From Cyanobacteria bacterium P01_D01_bin.156 (lineage in GTDB: Bacteria; Cyanobacteriota; Cyanobacteriia; Phormidesmidales; Phormidesmidaceae), in assembly GCA_039024555.1 (NCBI GenBank), contig JBCCQQ010000001.1, positions 96,001 to 160,000 of the forward strand: a DNA stretch of 64,000 nucleotides, in the 5' to 3' direction. The first letter of the stretch is position 1. Each line of letters opens with the position of its first letter. This document shows positions 9,478 to 20,500 of this stretch, one piece after another. The notes beneath the pieces are model-generated. The model ran no database searches. It saw only the letters and a program-made list of their open reading frames with translations, and was not told the DNA's origin. Position numbers and translations under genes: made by a program.

Positions 9478-11025
9478 TTGAGGCTAAATATGAAGCTATC
9501 CCAGCCACCTAAACCAAAGCCAGCCACTTGGCGCAGATGGGCATATCGCACGGTGAACGTCTTATTGGCAAGCAGCTTATGTCAAGCACCTTTTGCTGCG
9601 ATCGCAAATGCCGAAGAGATTTACAATCGGGCTGATTATAACTATCGAGATGCCGAACGTAACATTGTTCTCGGCGGTACATCTGCAGAAGTTGTTATTG
9701 ATCCAGGAGAGCTGATTGACCCATTGGGTCAAATTCTCGGGTGTAATGGCTCCCTGCTACCTAATTATGAGGGGTTTTCCGTTGCCCTATATGAGCCTGA
9801 TGCCAGTGGCTTAGAGCTAGGCAACATCGTTCCTCTAACTAGAACAGAATTCCCTGACATCGAGAACAACGGAATTTCCGGTGGTAAGGAGCCCAATACC
9901 GAAAATAGCAACCCCTTCTTCTTAACCAATGCGGATGCAGGACAATATAACTTCCTGTTTGATACAGCGACACCTTTAGAAAGCCCCGTTAATGCAGGGT
10001 TAACCCAAACCAGTACAAATGCCCAATATATCTTGGTGGTCAATCCACCAGCAGATTCCGTATTTCCCCAACGACGAATCAAACTTGAACTAACGGACAG
10101 TACAGGTGGCGTTAACAACTCAGTCATTCGCTACACGGCGACAGCGTTAGATGGCATTCCCATCTCTACTAGTGGCGGTTCCCAGGTAAGTGCCACTGTA
10201 GTTGAAATCTTTAATGCAGAAACCCAGGGTCTGAATCTATTCTCTCTAGCTTTAGGAATGGTCATGTGCGAACCTGACCAAATTAGCATTACAAAAACGG
10301 CTGACCGAGCATCGGCCCAACCTGGCGATACGGTTGTCTATCGCTTAGGACTTAGAAACTTAACTGACATTGAATTAGATTCAGTCACTGTTGAAGATTT
10401 ATTGCCTCAGGGATTTCAATTGATTCCAGAGTCAGTAACCGGTGTTCTCAATGAACAAACCGTTGCCCTAGAGGCAGAAGCATCGGGTTCTGAAGTTATC
10501 TTTACAACTCCCACACCGTTACCTGTAGATGAGACCCTCAGTGTTCTCTATGCGACTCGGGTAACACCAGACGCCGTTCGAGGCGATGGTGAGAATTTAG
10601 CATCAGTAAGTGCTGAGCGTAGTGACAATGGTTACTTTGTTCAAGATGGTCCAGCCATCCATCGGCTCGTCATCGATCCAGGTATCGTCAATGACTGCGG
10701 TACTTTGATTGGCCGTGTCTTTATAGATAACAACTTTGACGGAGAACAACAACCCGGTGAAGCTGGCATCCCCAATGCTGTTGTCTTTTTAGACGATGGC
10801 AATCGGATTCTTACCGATGCCGATGGACTATTTTCGGTTACCTGCATGCTCCCAGGTACCCGCAGCGGCGTACTGGACTTTACGAGTCTCCCCGGTTACG
10901 CCCTAGCCCCCAATCTTTACTTTAAAGAACGCAACAGCCAGTCCCGCATGGTGAATATTTCTCCCGGTGGCATGGTGCGCATGAACTTTGGCGTCACGCC
11001 CACGTTCCAGGAGGAAGCTCAGTAA
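9478..11025 (+). CDS. Secreted DUF11 + SdrD-B-like domain protein (putative base adaptor)
   Basis: Signal peptide (ANA|EE); complete DUF11 (ITKTAD..QPGDTVVY..VEDLLPQG..GENLASV); C-terminal GRVFIDNNFDGEQQPGEAGIPNAVV..TDADGLFS; stop overlaps next ATG (TAATG). Confidence 0.8.
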   Translation: MRLNMKLSQPPKPKPATWRRWAYRTVNVLLASSLCQAPFAAIANAEEIYNRADYNYRDAERNIVLGGTSAEVVIDPGELIDPLGQILGCNGSLLPNYEGFSVALYEPDASGLELGNIVPLTRTEFPDIENNGISGGKEPNTENSNPFFLTNADAGQYNFLFDTATPLESPVNAGLTQTSTNAQYILVVNPPADSVFPQRRIKLELTDSTGGVNNSVIRYTATALDGIPISTSGGSQVSATVVEIFNAETQGLNLFSLALGMVMCEPDQISITKTADRASAQPGDTVVYRLGLRNLTDIELDSVTVEDLLPQGFQLIPESVTGVLNEQTVALEAEASGSEVIFTTPTPLPVDETLSVLYATRVTPDAVRGDGENLASVSAERSDNGYFVQDGPAIHRLVIDPGIVNDCGTLIGRVFIDNNFDGEQQPGEAGIPNAVVFLDDGNRILTDADGLFSVTCMLPGTRSGVLDFTSLPGYALAPNLYFKERNSQSRMVNISPGGMVRMNFGVTPTFQEEAQ

Positions 11026-14000
11026 TGAACCCGAATCGTCACTCGAAAATTTACTATTGGAGCATCTTGGCTGGTTCAGTTGCTCTATCAACGGTATCAC
11101 CGGATGGTTGGGCCTATGCCTCTCAGGATATGCCTGAGACCATCGACCCTAACAAAGCTCAGGATGTTTTACCGGAGGAATCAGCCTATGGTAACGCCGC
11201 TGACCTTAGCGTTAGTGCAATACCTGATACACCTCTTGATTCTTCTGTAGATGCTCAGTTTTTGTCATCTCAAACAGGTCCCGAGATTTTGGGGTTACAG
11301 GTTGCCCCTGAAGAGTCCTCTGATAATGATACGGCCACATTAGTCTTTCCTTCCCTAACATCGGGTATTCCTCAATTTTCGGACCCACAGTTAGCCCAGG
11401 CAACAACGACAGCCTTGGCTGAAGCACAGGAAAATCAAACTGATACAGCAGCAGATACAACCGTAGCAGACAACACTGACACAGCGGCATCTAGGTATAT
11501 CGATAACGAACTGCCTAAACTCTCTCCCAACGAAACGAAACTCGAACCATTACCGACTGCTGAGTCAGCCAACATAACTCAAATTGAACCTACTGTTACT
11601 CCCCAGGTTCAGCCCCTGCCTGCTGATAACCCAACGGTTACGAGTCAAGCTACTCCCCTCGAACTCGCAGTAACAGAGAGCGATAAATCTACGACGATAG
11701 AACAAGATGCAACAGATTCTGAAACAGGAACAACCACCGTTCAAGCCTCAGCTGAATCCGTAGCAATAGAGCAGAGTACAATAGCGCCTGAGGAGGAAGC
11801 GACTACCGCTGAGGCTGAACCAGAGATAGCCCAGTCTGTTGCATCTGGAGAAATTGAAATCCTCAACCCCACAGCGGGTAGCGTCGTTGATGTACCTGCA
11901 ATTACCGTTATTGTTCGCTTTCCAGCCACTGCTGACATTCAGTTGCAGATAAATGGTGATTCTGTCGATAACGACCTGATTGGCCGTACTGAATCGAACC
12001 CTACCACTAACCTGGTCACCCAAACTTGGTATGGGGTCCCCTTACAAGAAGGCAGCAACAGCTTAACCGTACTGGATAAGAGTGATGGTAGCCTGGTGCA
12101 ATCCACCACAGTAGAGGTCAGAGGTGCGCCTATCGAGATGACCCTGAGATCGCGAGAATCAAGGGTACCGGCTGATGGGCGTTCAATTGCGACCTTACAG
12201 GGACAATTATTAGACAGCAATGGCAATGTCTCAAACTGGGATACAATCGTCACCCTCAATGCCAGCGATGGTGAGTTTGTTGGTGTTGATTTTGCTCCAG
12301 ATCAGCCTGGGTTTCAGGTAGAAGCCCAGAACGGACGATTTAAGGCAGAACTACAGTCATCTCTAGAGTCTCATATCGTTCAGCTACAGGCAACCACAAA
12401 CGGTTTAGAAGCGTTTAACCAGGTACAGTTTGTAACACCTAAGCGCCCTAGCATTGCCACTGGTATTGTTGACCTTAGATTCGGTGCCAGAGGAACCAAC
12501 TTTTACAGTAGTCTACGAGATTTCTTACCCGAAGATGAGGACAATGATTACGCTCTAGATCTAGATGCCTCATTCTTTACCATGGGGAACGTGGGTGAGT
12601 GGCTCTTAACCAGTGCATTTAATAGCGATCGCCCCTTAAATGAAGATTGTCGAGGTGAAACCTCCCTATTCCGGCAGGGAGCAGGCAGCTGCAACAACCT
12701 ATATCCCGTATACGGTGATGACTCTTCAATCGATGTCACAACTCCATCCACCGACAGACTATATGTTCGACTAGAGCGCACATCTCCTGTAGAAGGTGCA
12801 ACGGTAGACTATGCCATGTGGGGAGACTTCAATACTGAAGAGTTTGCCAATTCATCTCAGTTGTTTACATCCACATCCCGCCAGTTACATGGATTTAAGC
12901 TCAACTATAATCTTGGCAACTTAGCCATTACGGGTCTTTATGGTGACAATATTGAGGGCTTCCAACGCGATACGATTGCTCCCGATGGTACGAGCGGCCT
13001 ATACTTTTTGTCGCGTCGGTTGGTGACCTCTGGCAGTGAACAGGTCTATCTCGAAACAGAAGAGCTGGATAGACCCGGTACTGTGCTCGAAAGAGAGCGC
13101 CTATTTCGTAATACTGATTACGATATTGATTATGATCGCGGCACATTGTTATTTGAAGATCCAGTCACTCAAACTGCGATCGGCGACTTTGGTGAAGTTT
13201 TGCTTCGCCGTATTGTTGTCACCTATCAGTTTGAGGGAGAAAATACAGATACCAATATCATTGCTGGGCGTCTACAGTATAACTTTAACCGCACCCTCAG
13301 CCAAGAATCTTGGCTAGGCACATCTTACCTAACAGAAGATCAGGGCAGTCGTAACTTTACTCTGTTTGGGGCAGATGCTCAATTTGCGTTGGGTAACAAC
13401 AACCGCTTAGTTGCAGAAATTGCCCACTCTGAAAGCGATTTTGATTTGTCTGGTCCCATCAGCGGCTCAGCCTATCGGGTTGAACTAGATGGGGTTGTGA
13501 GTGACTGGTTGAGTGGTAGAGCCTATTGGCGTTCCACCGATGCTGGCTTTACCAATGCGGCAACTACGAGTTTTGTTCCTGGTCAGACTCGGTATGGTGC
13601 CCAGGCCAATGTCAAAGTCAGTCGGAACACCACACTGCGTGCACAGTTTGATCATGAAGATAATGATGGTGTAGCCCCTCGTCCGATTACGGATCTTGAA
13701 GACTTACTGACACCGGGACAAAATCCGGTGCCAGGTTCCCGGGTCGATAACTCATTGACCACCTATTCCCTAGGACTAGCCCAGCGCCTGGGAGATACCA
13801 ATCTAGAATTTGACTGGGTTCATCGCGATCGCACTGACCGCACTAACCCAAGCCAGTTCAATACCAGTTCAGATCAGCTTAGAACACGAGTAACCACCCG
13901 AGTCTCTGACAAGCTCACTCTGCGGGCTCAAAATGAGCTAAATCTTTCATCGGAGAGCGATCCCATTTATCCCAGTCGCACCTATCTAGGACTGGATTGG

Positions 14001-15218
14001 GAAGCACTACCGGGCATTAAAGTGGGACTGGGCCAGGTATTCTACGGCGACAATGGTTTTAGCGATCGCGACTCTTACACTATTTTTGATGTATCTGGCG
14101 AACGCTCCCTAGGGGAAGACACGACCATTCGCGGTCGTTTTAGCAGCGTTGACGGTCAACATCTCGGCGGTGCCATCGGTGTTGAACATGGCTTTAATCT
14201 AGGTCCTGGTCTCCGACTTGATTTAGGCTATGAACGAGTCTTTAACAGTCTTGGCGGCACCGCTTCCGGTAGTCAGTTTAGCCAACCCTTTGCCGTAGGT
14301 ACTGGCGGCTCCTCCGTTGGCACCGTTGACAGCAACACCTATACCCTCGGATTGTCCTACACAGACAATCCCGATTTACAAGCCAGCGCACGGATTGAGC
14401 ATCGCGATTCTTCCCAGAGCAGCAACACGGTACTGAATGCCTCTGCAGTAGGCCGTCTCTCGCCAGCCGTCAGTGCGTTATTTAACTATCAGCTCAATCG
14501 GGCAGCCAACCAGAGCATTAGCAACATTGGTACCACCAGCAACCTCAAACTAGGTCTCGCCTACCGCGATCCTAACGATGATCGACTCAATGCGTTGCTA
14601 CGGTATGAACATCGCATCAATCCAAACACACTGCCAACAAATGCTCTATTTGGCCGCAGTCTTGATACCTCTGAGCATGTATTCTCAGGCGAAGCTCTAT
14701 ATGCCCCCAATTGGCGATGGGAGCTCTACGGAAAATATGCCTTCCGCACCACTCAGACTCGCATTAACCTACCAGCCGATGAGGGCGGTGACTTTGTCTC
14801 CAATAACAACTTACATCTCGCCCAGATGAGGGCCACCTACCGGTTTGACTACAGCTGGGATGTAAGTGCTGAAGCTCGTTGGTTTGGTGGTCTGGGTGAC
14901 TACAACGAGTTGGGGTATGCCCTGGAAGTCGGTTACTATGCTACCCCTGATTTTCGCATCTACGGTGGCTACAGCGGGGGTGGAGCCTACGATGACGACT
15001 TTGGAATAAATCGCTCGGCTAGTGGGTTTTATATTGGTGTCTCCGCCAAAATCAATAGCCTGTTTGATGGCTTTGGTTTACAGGATGTTGCTCCACGACA
15101 ACAGCGGGAGTCTTCTCTAGAGGCTGAGCCAGACGCTCTCTTTTTTGAAGATCCCAGCACCATTCCCTTTCCTACCAATTCCCCTGTAGAGGATGTTTCA
15201 ACTGAGGAGCAAGGGTGA
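11025..15218 (+). CDS. Large predicted outer-membrane beta-barrel protein with N-terminal linker and Ig-like domains
   Basis: Signal peptide; ~250-aa acidic low-complexity linker; invasin-like VPADGRSIATL domain; long C-terminal region of amphipathic strands with aromatic ends; DYDIDYDRGTLLF motif. Confidence 0.75.
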   Translation: MNPNRHSKIYYWSILAGSVALSTVSPDGWAYASQDMPETIDPNKAQDVLPEESAYGNAADLSVSAIPDTPLDSSVDAQFLSSQTGPEILGLQVAPEESSDNDTATLVFPSLTSGIPQFSDPQLAQATTTALAEAQENQTDTAADTTVADNTDTAASRYIDNELPKLSPNETKLEPLPTAESANITQIEPTVTPQVQPLPADNPTVTSQATPLELAVTESDKSTTIEQDATDSETGTTTVQASAESVAIEQSTIAPEEEATTAEAEPEIAQSVASGEIEILNPTAGSVVDVPAITVIVRFPATADIQLQINGDSVDNDLIGRTESNPTTNLVTQTWYGVPLQEGSNSLTVLDKSDGSLVQSTTVEVRGAPIEMTLRSRESRVPADGRSIATLQGQLLDSNGNVSNWDTIVTLNASDGEFVGVDFAPDQPGFQVEAQNGRFKAELQSSLESHIVQLQATTNGLEAFNQVQFVTPKRPSIATGIVDLRFGARGTNFYSSLRDFLPEDEDNDYALDLDASFFTMGNVGEWLLTSAFNSDRPLNEDCRGETSLFRQGAGSCNNLYPVYGDDSSIDVTTPSTDRLYVRLERTSPVEGATVDYAMWGDFNTEEFANSSQLFTSTSRQLHGFKLNYNLGNLAITGLYGDNIEGFQRDTIAPDGTSGLYFLSRRLVTSGSEQVYLETEELDRPGTVLERERLFRNTDYDIDYDRGTLLFEDPVTQTAIGDFGEVLLRRIVVTYQFEGENTDTNIIAGRLQYNFNRTLSQESWLGTSYLTEDQGSRNFTLFGADAQFALGNNNRLVAEIAHSESDFDLSGPISGSAYRVELDGVVSDWLSGRAYWRSTDAGFTNAATTSFVPGQTRYGAQANVKVSRNTTLRAQFDHEDNDGVAPRPITDLEDLLTPGQNPVPGSRVDNSLTTYSLGLAQRLGDTNLEFDWVHRDRTDRTNPSQFNTSSDQLRTRVTTRVSDKLTLRAQNELNLSSESDPIYPSRTYLGLDWEALPGIKVGLGQVFYGDNGFSDRDSYTIFDVSGERSLGEDTTIRGRFSSVDGQHLGGAIGVEHGFNLGPGLRLDLGYERVFNSLGGTASGSQFSQPFAVGTGGSSVGTVDSNTYTLGLSYTDNPDLQASARIEHRDSSQSSNTVLNASAVGRLSPAVSALFNYQLNRAANQSISNIGTTSNLKLGLAYRDPNDDRLNALLRYEHRINPNTLPTNALFGRSLDTSEHVFSGEALYAPNWRWELYGKYAFRTTQTRINLPADEGGDFVSNNNLHLAQMRATYRFDYSWDVSAEARWFGGLGDYNELGYALEVGYYATPDFRIYGGYSGGGAYDDDFGINRSASGFYIGVSAKINSLFDGFGLQDVAPRQQRESSLEAEPDALFFEDPSTIPFPTNSPVEDVSTEEQG

Positions 15219-17392
15219 TGAAACAGAATCCTGTTACTCAACTACTTTCTCATTTATTTAATGACTCGGATGCCAGGACCATGACTTATCGACCCTCTAT
15301 ACGTACCTTAGCCACGTCTCTACTATTAGCGACTGTTGCCACAGCAGCTGTGGCACAAACGCCATCAGAGCCCAATTTACCTAAGGTGCAAGTGATGGTA
15401 AATAGTTCCCAGGATGGTCCGATTACGCCTGACGATCAGCTGACATTACGAGAAGCGATCGCACTCACCAATGGCACTCTCCTCCAGGATGAACTGAGTA
15501 ATCTAGAGCGGCAACAGATAGCACCCAGCTCGGGCAACTCCGTTATCGCCTTTGACTTACCTACTGACAGTACTACTATTCAGCTACAGTCACTCTTACC
15601 GGCACTGACGCAGCCTGGGCTAGCCATTGATGGCACGACCCAGCCTGGTTACGATGCCACCAAATCAGCAACGGCAGAAATTTTAGTAGCAACTCCTGTG
15701 GTAGAAATCACCGCTGCCGAGAACGCCGAGGTATTTCGAGGGCTAACCATCGTCGCCGATAATATTGCCATTCGTGGCCTGAGTCTCCATGGCTTCAGTT
15801 CTCAGCATAGTGCAACTGAGTCTACACCACCTGCTGATATTTTTATTGCCCACGAACTCTCTCCACCAGACATTAGTGAGCAATATATTCCCAATAATGC
15901 GTTCTCATTTTACGACGAGAACCATCCACCCAAGGGCATTGTTATTGAACAAAATTGGATTGGCATTCCCAGTAATAACAGCATTCCTCAAAAGCCTTCT
16001 GCCTTTGGTGTTTCTGTGTTTAACAGCACGGGAGTAACCCTTAAACACAACCGCATTTCATATCATGACGGAAGCGGTGTAATTACGGGTGCCCGGGCCG
16101 AGAATTTAGCAATTATTGAAAATCTTATTGTTAACAATGGATTAGCCGGCATGCCCGACGCTATTCGACTGGATGGTCGAATCGACAATGGGTTAATTAC
16201 CGGCAACCTCATGTGTGGCAATGATGGTAGTGGCATCTTTTTGTTTAAGCCCCAAGGCTCTGTTGAGATTAGCAATAACGATATTCGCTTTAATGGTCAA
16301 CGGCTACGTCGAGCAGCTATTTACCTAATGGGCAACGATCATCGGGTAGTCGATAATCACATTGCTAACCAAAAAGGTCCCGGTGTGGTCGTCACGGCCT
16401 TTAGCCAAGGGGGCACCACCCACAGCCAACGGAACATCATTGAAAACAATCACTTCAAGAATATTGAAGGCTTGAGCATTGACCTCAACACTCGCCGTAA
16501 TCGGGGTGTGCAAGACTTCCAGAGGGGAGATGGCCCTAACCCCCTCAGAGATTCTCACAACCGTCGTCGCGACACTGGCAACAGCGCTATTAACCCCCCC
16601 CAGTTTGACAGTGATGAGTTTTTTGCCATTGATGGCCAAGTTACCCTACAAGGGAAATCCGATAGTGGCTCTACGGTACAGCTCTACCTGACCCAGGGAA
16701 ATACAGGAGAATATGGCCCCTTGACTAGGCCCCTAGCAACCGTTGAAGTGAACGACGAAGGTTATTTTAGCTACGGTTCCACGGATTTGAAACCTGGAGA
16801 TGTGATCAGCGGTATTGCCACCGACCCTCGGTATGGCACCTCGGAGCCTGCCCTAAACACAGTGATAGTAGCTCTGGGAGAATCCAGCACCACACGGCCT
16901 AATCGTATGACTTTTGCCACTGATAATCCTCAGTGTACGACGCCCCCTGTGGTGCCTGAGCCGGTTACTCCGGAGCCTGAGCCTGAGGCGATCAAGCTAG
17001 AGGTACCTCGCAATGTTCACTTTGGTCTCGATGAAGATTTTATCAATCCAGACAGTGCTTTGGTGCTTAATAACATTATTACTGTCCTTCAGCAATATCC
17101 AACGATTGTTGTTGATTTACACGGGCATACTGACTCTAGAGCTAGTATCGCCTATAACCAGGGCTTAGCTAAACGTCGTGCCAATAATGCTCGACAATAC
17201 TTGATACAAAAAGGCATTGCCCCCGAGCGGATGACAATTCGCTCTTTTGGTGAGACTGAACTGCTGGTGGATGAAACCGACCGGGTAAACTACGCCCGCA
17301 ACCGTCGAGTGGAGTTTGTCTTTAGCGATGTACGCGGGATCGATATTACTTTTATAAATCAAGAAAATGATTTACAGCTTGAAGCTGAATAA
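15218..17392 (+). CDS. OmpA-family protein with CSLREA-like motif and right-handed beta-helix
   Basis: VNSSQD..LTLREAI; beta-helix repeats; C-terminal NVHFGLDE..GHTDSRAS..YNQGLAKRRA..SFGE..NRRVEF. ATG overlaps upstream TGA (alternative start 15281). Confidence 0.9.
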   Translation: MKQNPVTQLLSHLFNDSDARTMTYRPSIRTLATSLLLATVATAAVAQTPSEPNLPKVQVMVNSSQDGPITPDDQLTLREAIALTNGTLLQDELSNLERQQIAPSSGNSVIAFDLPTDSTTIQLQSLLPALTQPGLAIDGTTQPGYDATKSATAEILVATPVVEITAAENAEVFRGLTIVADNIAIRGLSLHGFSSQHSATESTPPADIFIAHELSPPDISEQYIPNNAFSFYDENHPPKGIVIEQNWIGIPSNNSIPQKPSAFGVSVFNSTGVTLKHNRISYHDGSGVITGARAENLAIIENLIVNNGLAGMPDAIRLDGRIDNGLITGNLMCGNDGSGIFLFKPQGSVEISNNDIRFNGQRLRRAAIYLMGNDHRVVDNHIANQKGPGVVVTAFSQGGTTHSQRNIIENNHFKNIEGLSIDLNTRRNRGVQDFQRGDGPNPLRDSHNRRRDTGNSAINPPQFDSDEFFAIDGQVTLQGKSDSGSTVQLYLTQGNTGEYGPLTRPLATVEVNDEGYFSYGSTDLKPGDVISGIATDPRYGTSEPALNTVIVALGESSTTRPNRMTFATDNPQCTTPPVVPEPVTPEPEPEAIKLEVPRNVHFGLDEDFINPDSALVLNNIITVLQQYPTIVVDLHGHTDSRASIAYNQGLAKRRANNARQYLIQKGIAPERMTIRSFGETELLVDETDRVNYARNRRVEFVFSDVRGIDITFINQENDLQLEAE

Positions 17393-17517
17393 GAAATATT
17401 CTGTTGTCTTATCAGCCGCCATAGATCTTCTGAAAGATTGAAATACTCTGTTTCAATTTCGCAACGCTATTTATTGCAGGAGTCAAGTTTTCTCTTGCAT
17501 CTAGACAAGGAATTTGT

Positions 17518-20500
17518 TTGATTATGAAATGGTCTCGTCAACAGCTTAACCACGATAATGCTGGCATCAAGCTGCTTACTAACTCTTTACGGTTAGGGCT
17601 GGGTGCCATGACCTCCGCTGCAAGCCTGTGGTTAGCGTATGGAGCAGTCTCTAGCCAAAGTGCAAATGCGGGACCACTGACCTCCATAACAACAACAACC
17701 CCACCGGCAACAAACAGCTTTATCTACACAGCGGGAGGACAGGAGCATCGATTTGGTCAAGGAAATGATGTGATCCTTCAGAGCGTTACAGATGCCTCAG
17801 GCACCTACTCTCCCGATACAGTAGCTGACCAAGTCATTGTCCGTCGAGTTGACAATGCCAATGTCTCTGGAGAAAAGTGTGGTATATTTGCCGCTCAAAG
17901 TGGTTCTAATGTGCGACATTACGGCCCAACCTATCCACACTTTTCTCCCCAAGATGCCAACGGAAACTGCTCCTATGAAGCAATTCTCAGCGGTTTTAAT
18001 ATTGGTCTTGGTGCCCTCGATTTATTTAGCAACACTCCCTCAGGTGGAGATAATGAATATAACAATGTCGAACGCATTGACTTTATCTTTAATGATGGCA
18101 TCCATGCACCATTTAACTCATCTCTGTTGAACCAGGCAGGCCACATTGTTACCGAGAAAAGTGCCAATAATGCCTACATGATTGCAGCGGTTACGGCTGT
18201 TGATGGGGCTGGCAACCCGACTGCCTATGCCACTCCAGTATGGGTGGCAGGCTATGAGGATACTTACACTCCCGCAGGCTTAACCGTAGTGCGGATGGCT
18301 CAAGTGGGAAGTGCCACTCAGAATGGGTTTTTAACCAGTGACTCCAACTCAGCACCCCATGGCGCACCTAGTAGGAAGGGAGGCCAAGCTGAAAAATTCG
18401 GTGGTGCCTTTGTCACACTCCAAGACATGGGCCTAGCAGCAGGGCAGAAGTATTATGGCTTTTCGTTTATTCCGGCAGACGTAGAGAGTGCTATCGGTAC
18501 TAGCTCCGCTGATTTATTAGATTATACGAGCTTTCCGACTACAACATCGCGGCATGCATCTGGGTATGAGCCGGGTGACGGCGATATGTTTGGGGGGACA
18601 GCGGGTTATTTTATCGCTTATTCCAGCAATAATATTAGCGGTAGTCTGTATGAAGACGACAGCCCTCAGAACAATAGCTTTGACAGTGGTAGCGAGTCGA
18701 AACTCGGTAACAATATTGAGGTAATTCTCTATGGAGATGTCAATGGTAACAACACCTACGATGCTGGGTCTGATACCATTATTGATACCACTGACACCAC
18801 TAATGGAGACTATAGTTTTACCAATATTCCAGAAGGAACCTATGGCATCTATGTCAATACAGCAGATGGTGATATTGCTAGTAATCTTAGTCTAGGTACA
18901 CCTAACAATCTCAGCGTCACTCTCAACGGAAGCGACATTACCAACCAAAACTTTGGTTTTGATTCTACAGTCGTGGGAGGTATCTGCGCTAACCCAATAT
19001 CAGGTCCATTCAACAGTTCCAACTATGCTCTAAATACTCCGCTTCAAGGCTCTCTACCGCTCTCGTTTTATGGCGGCGGCATGTTGTTCGACGCCAACCT
19101 ATCAGGAATCGCTACTTGGAAGGATGGGGTCCAGATACGGAATGATTCTACCGTAGGCCAACAAATCTTCCTGCAGCCCGAGAACGCAAGTGACTACCTC
19201 AACACAAACAACGAGGCTATTTACACCTTTACCTTTCCCAACCCAGTTACAGACCTGACGCTACAGGGGGCTGGGCTCAACAATGAAGATGGCACCACCA
19301 TTTTGCCTAGCTATCAGGGGGTACCCATTCCTACTACCTCCGCTAACTTCAGTGGCTTGAATCCTGTCCCTGGCATGAGGCTGGAAGATGCTGACGGTAA
19401 CGGTGAAAGTGATACTGTCGTTGGCAGCTCGACAGCAGGAGGGGTATCAGTAACTACCAATATTTACACCTTTACGATTCCAGGACCGGTAGACACCCTT
19501 ACTATCGTCTCAGGTAAAGACGATGTAAATAGGAATAGTACTGTCACTATTGGTTTACACTCCTTCGGATTCTGTGGAGATGGCGTTTTAGACTACGGCG
19601 ATGCGCCGGACAGCTATGGGACCAATGCTACGGATGATGGTGGAGAGGGTATTGGTCCTAGCCATGCCATTGTTAGTGGTATTCATTTAGGTACTGCACC
19701 CGATGCGGAGAGTGATGCAGAGACGCCCTTAGATGGTAGCGGTGATGGTGCTGAGGATAATGGGATTACGCTGCCTACGCTAACGGAAGGTGACACCAGC
19801 TATTCCATACCAGCAGCTAATATTAATGCAACCGGCAGTGGTACCCTTCACGCTTGGATTGATTTTAATAAGAGTGGTACGTTTGAGCCAGGTGAACACA
19901 AAAGTGTTGAGGTGATAAGTGGCACTCCAAGTGGTGCGCTGATCTGGAGTGGGATTACAGCGGGAGCGGCTGGTGATACCTATGCTCGATTTAGATTTAC
20001 ATCGGATACTAGCATTACCCTGAATACTCCTGGGGGCGCTGCCGGTGATGGTGAGGTAGAAGATTATCAGGTTGCGATTTCCACATCTGTTTTACCAACC
20101 TTTTCTTGCTCCACAAACGCTAACTTATTCAACACTGGCTACAGTGGCAGCGGTAAAGCCGCTACAGGAACACGCGATCTCAACTGGGATGTCGGGTATA
20201 TCTCCGCTGCTACTGGTTCTCCAGACATTGTTGCAGCACCGAGTAGCATTACAAATTGGGTAGATGCATATGTCACGGGAAGAGTCACAACTGCCTGGGA
20301 CCCTAGTGTGTTTGGACAAGCAGAATGGATTTCCCATGTTAATGATACTGACCATACCGGGCAGAAAGTAGATGTCTTCTATCGGTATCAATTCAATATT
20401 GATCCAGCCGTTACCTTAGACTCTTTTGCCGTACACATGGATTGGATGGCAGATAACTCCATCTGGGAGATTTACGTCAATGGCACACCCCAAAGTGGAA

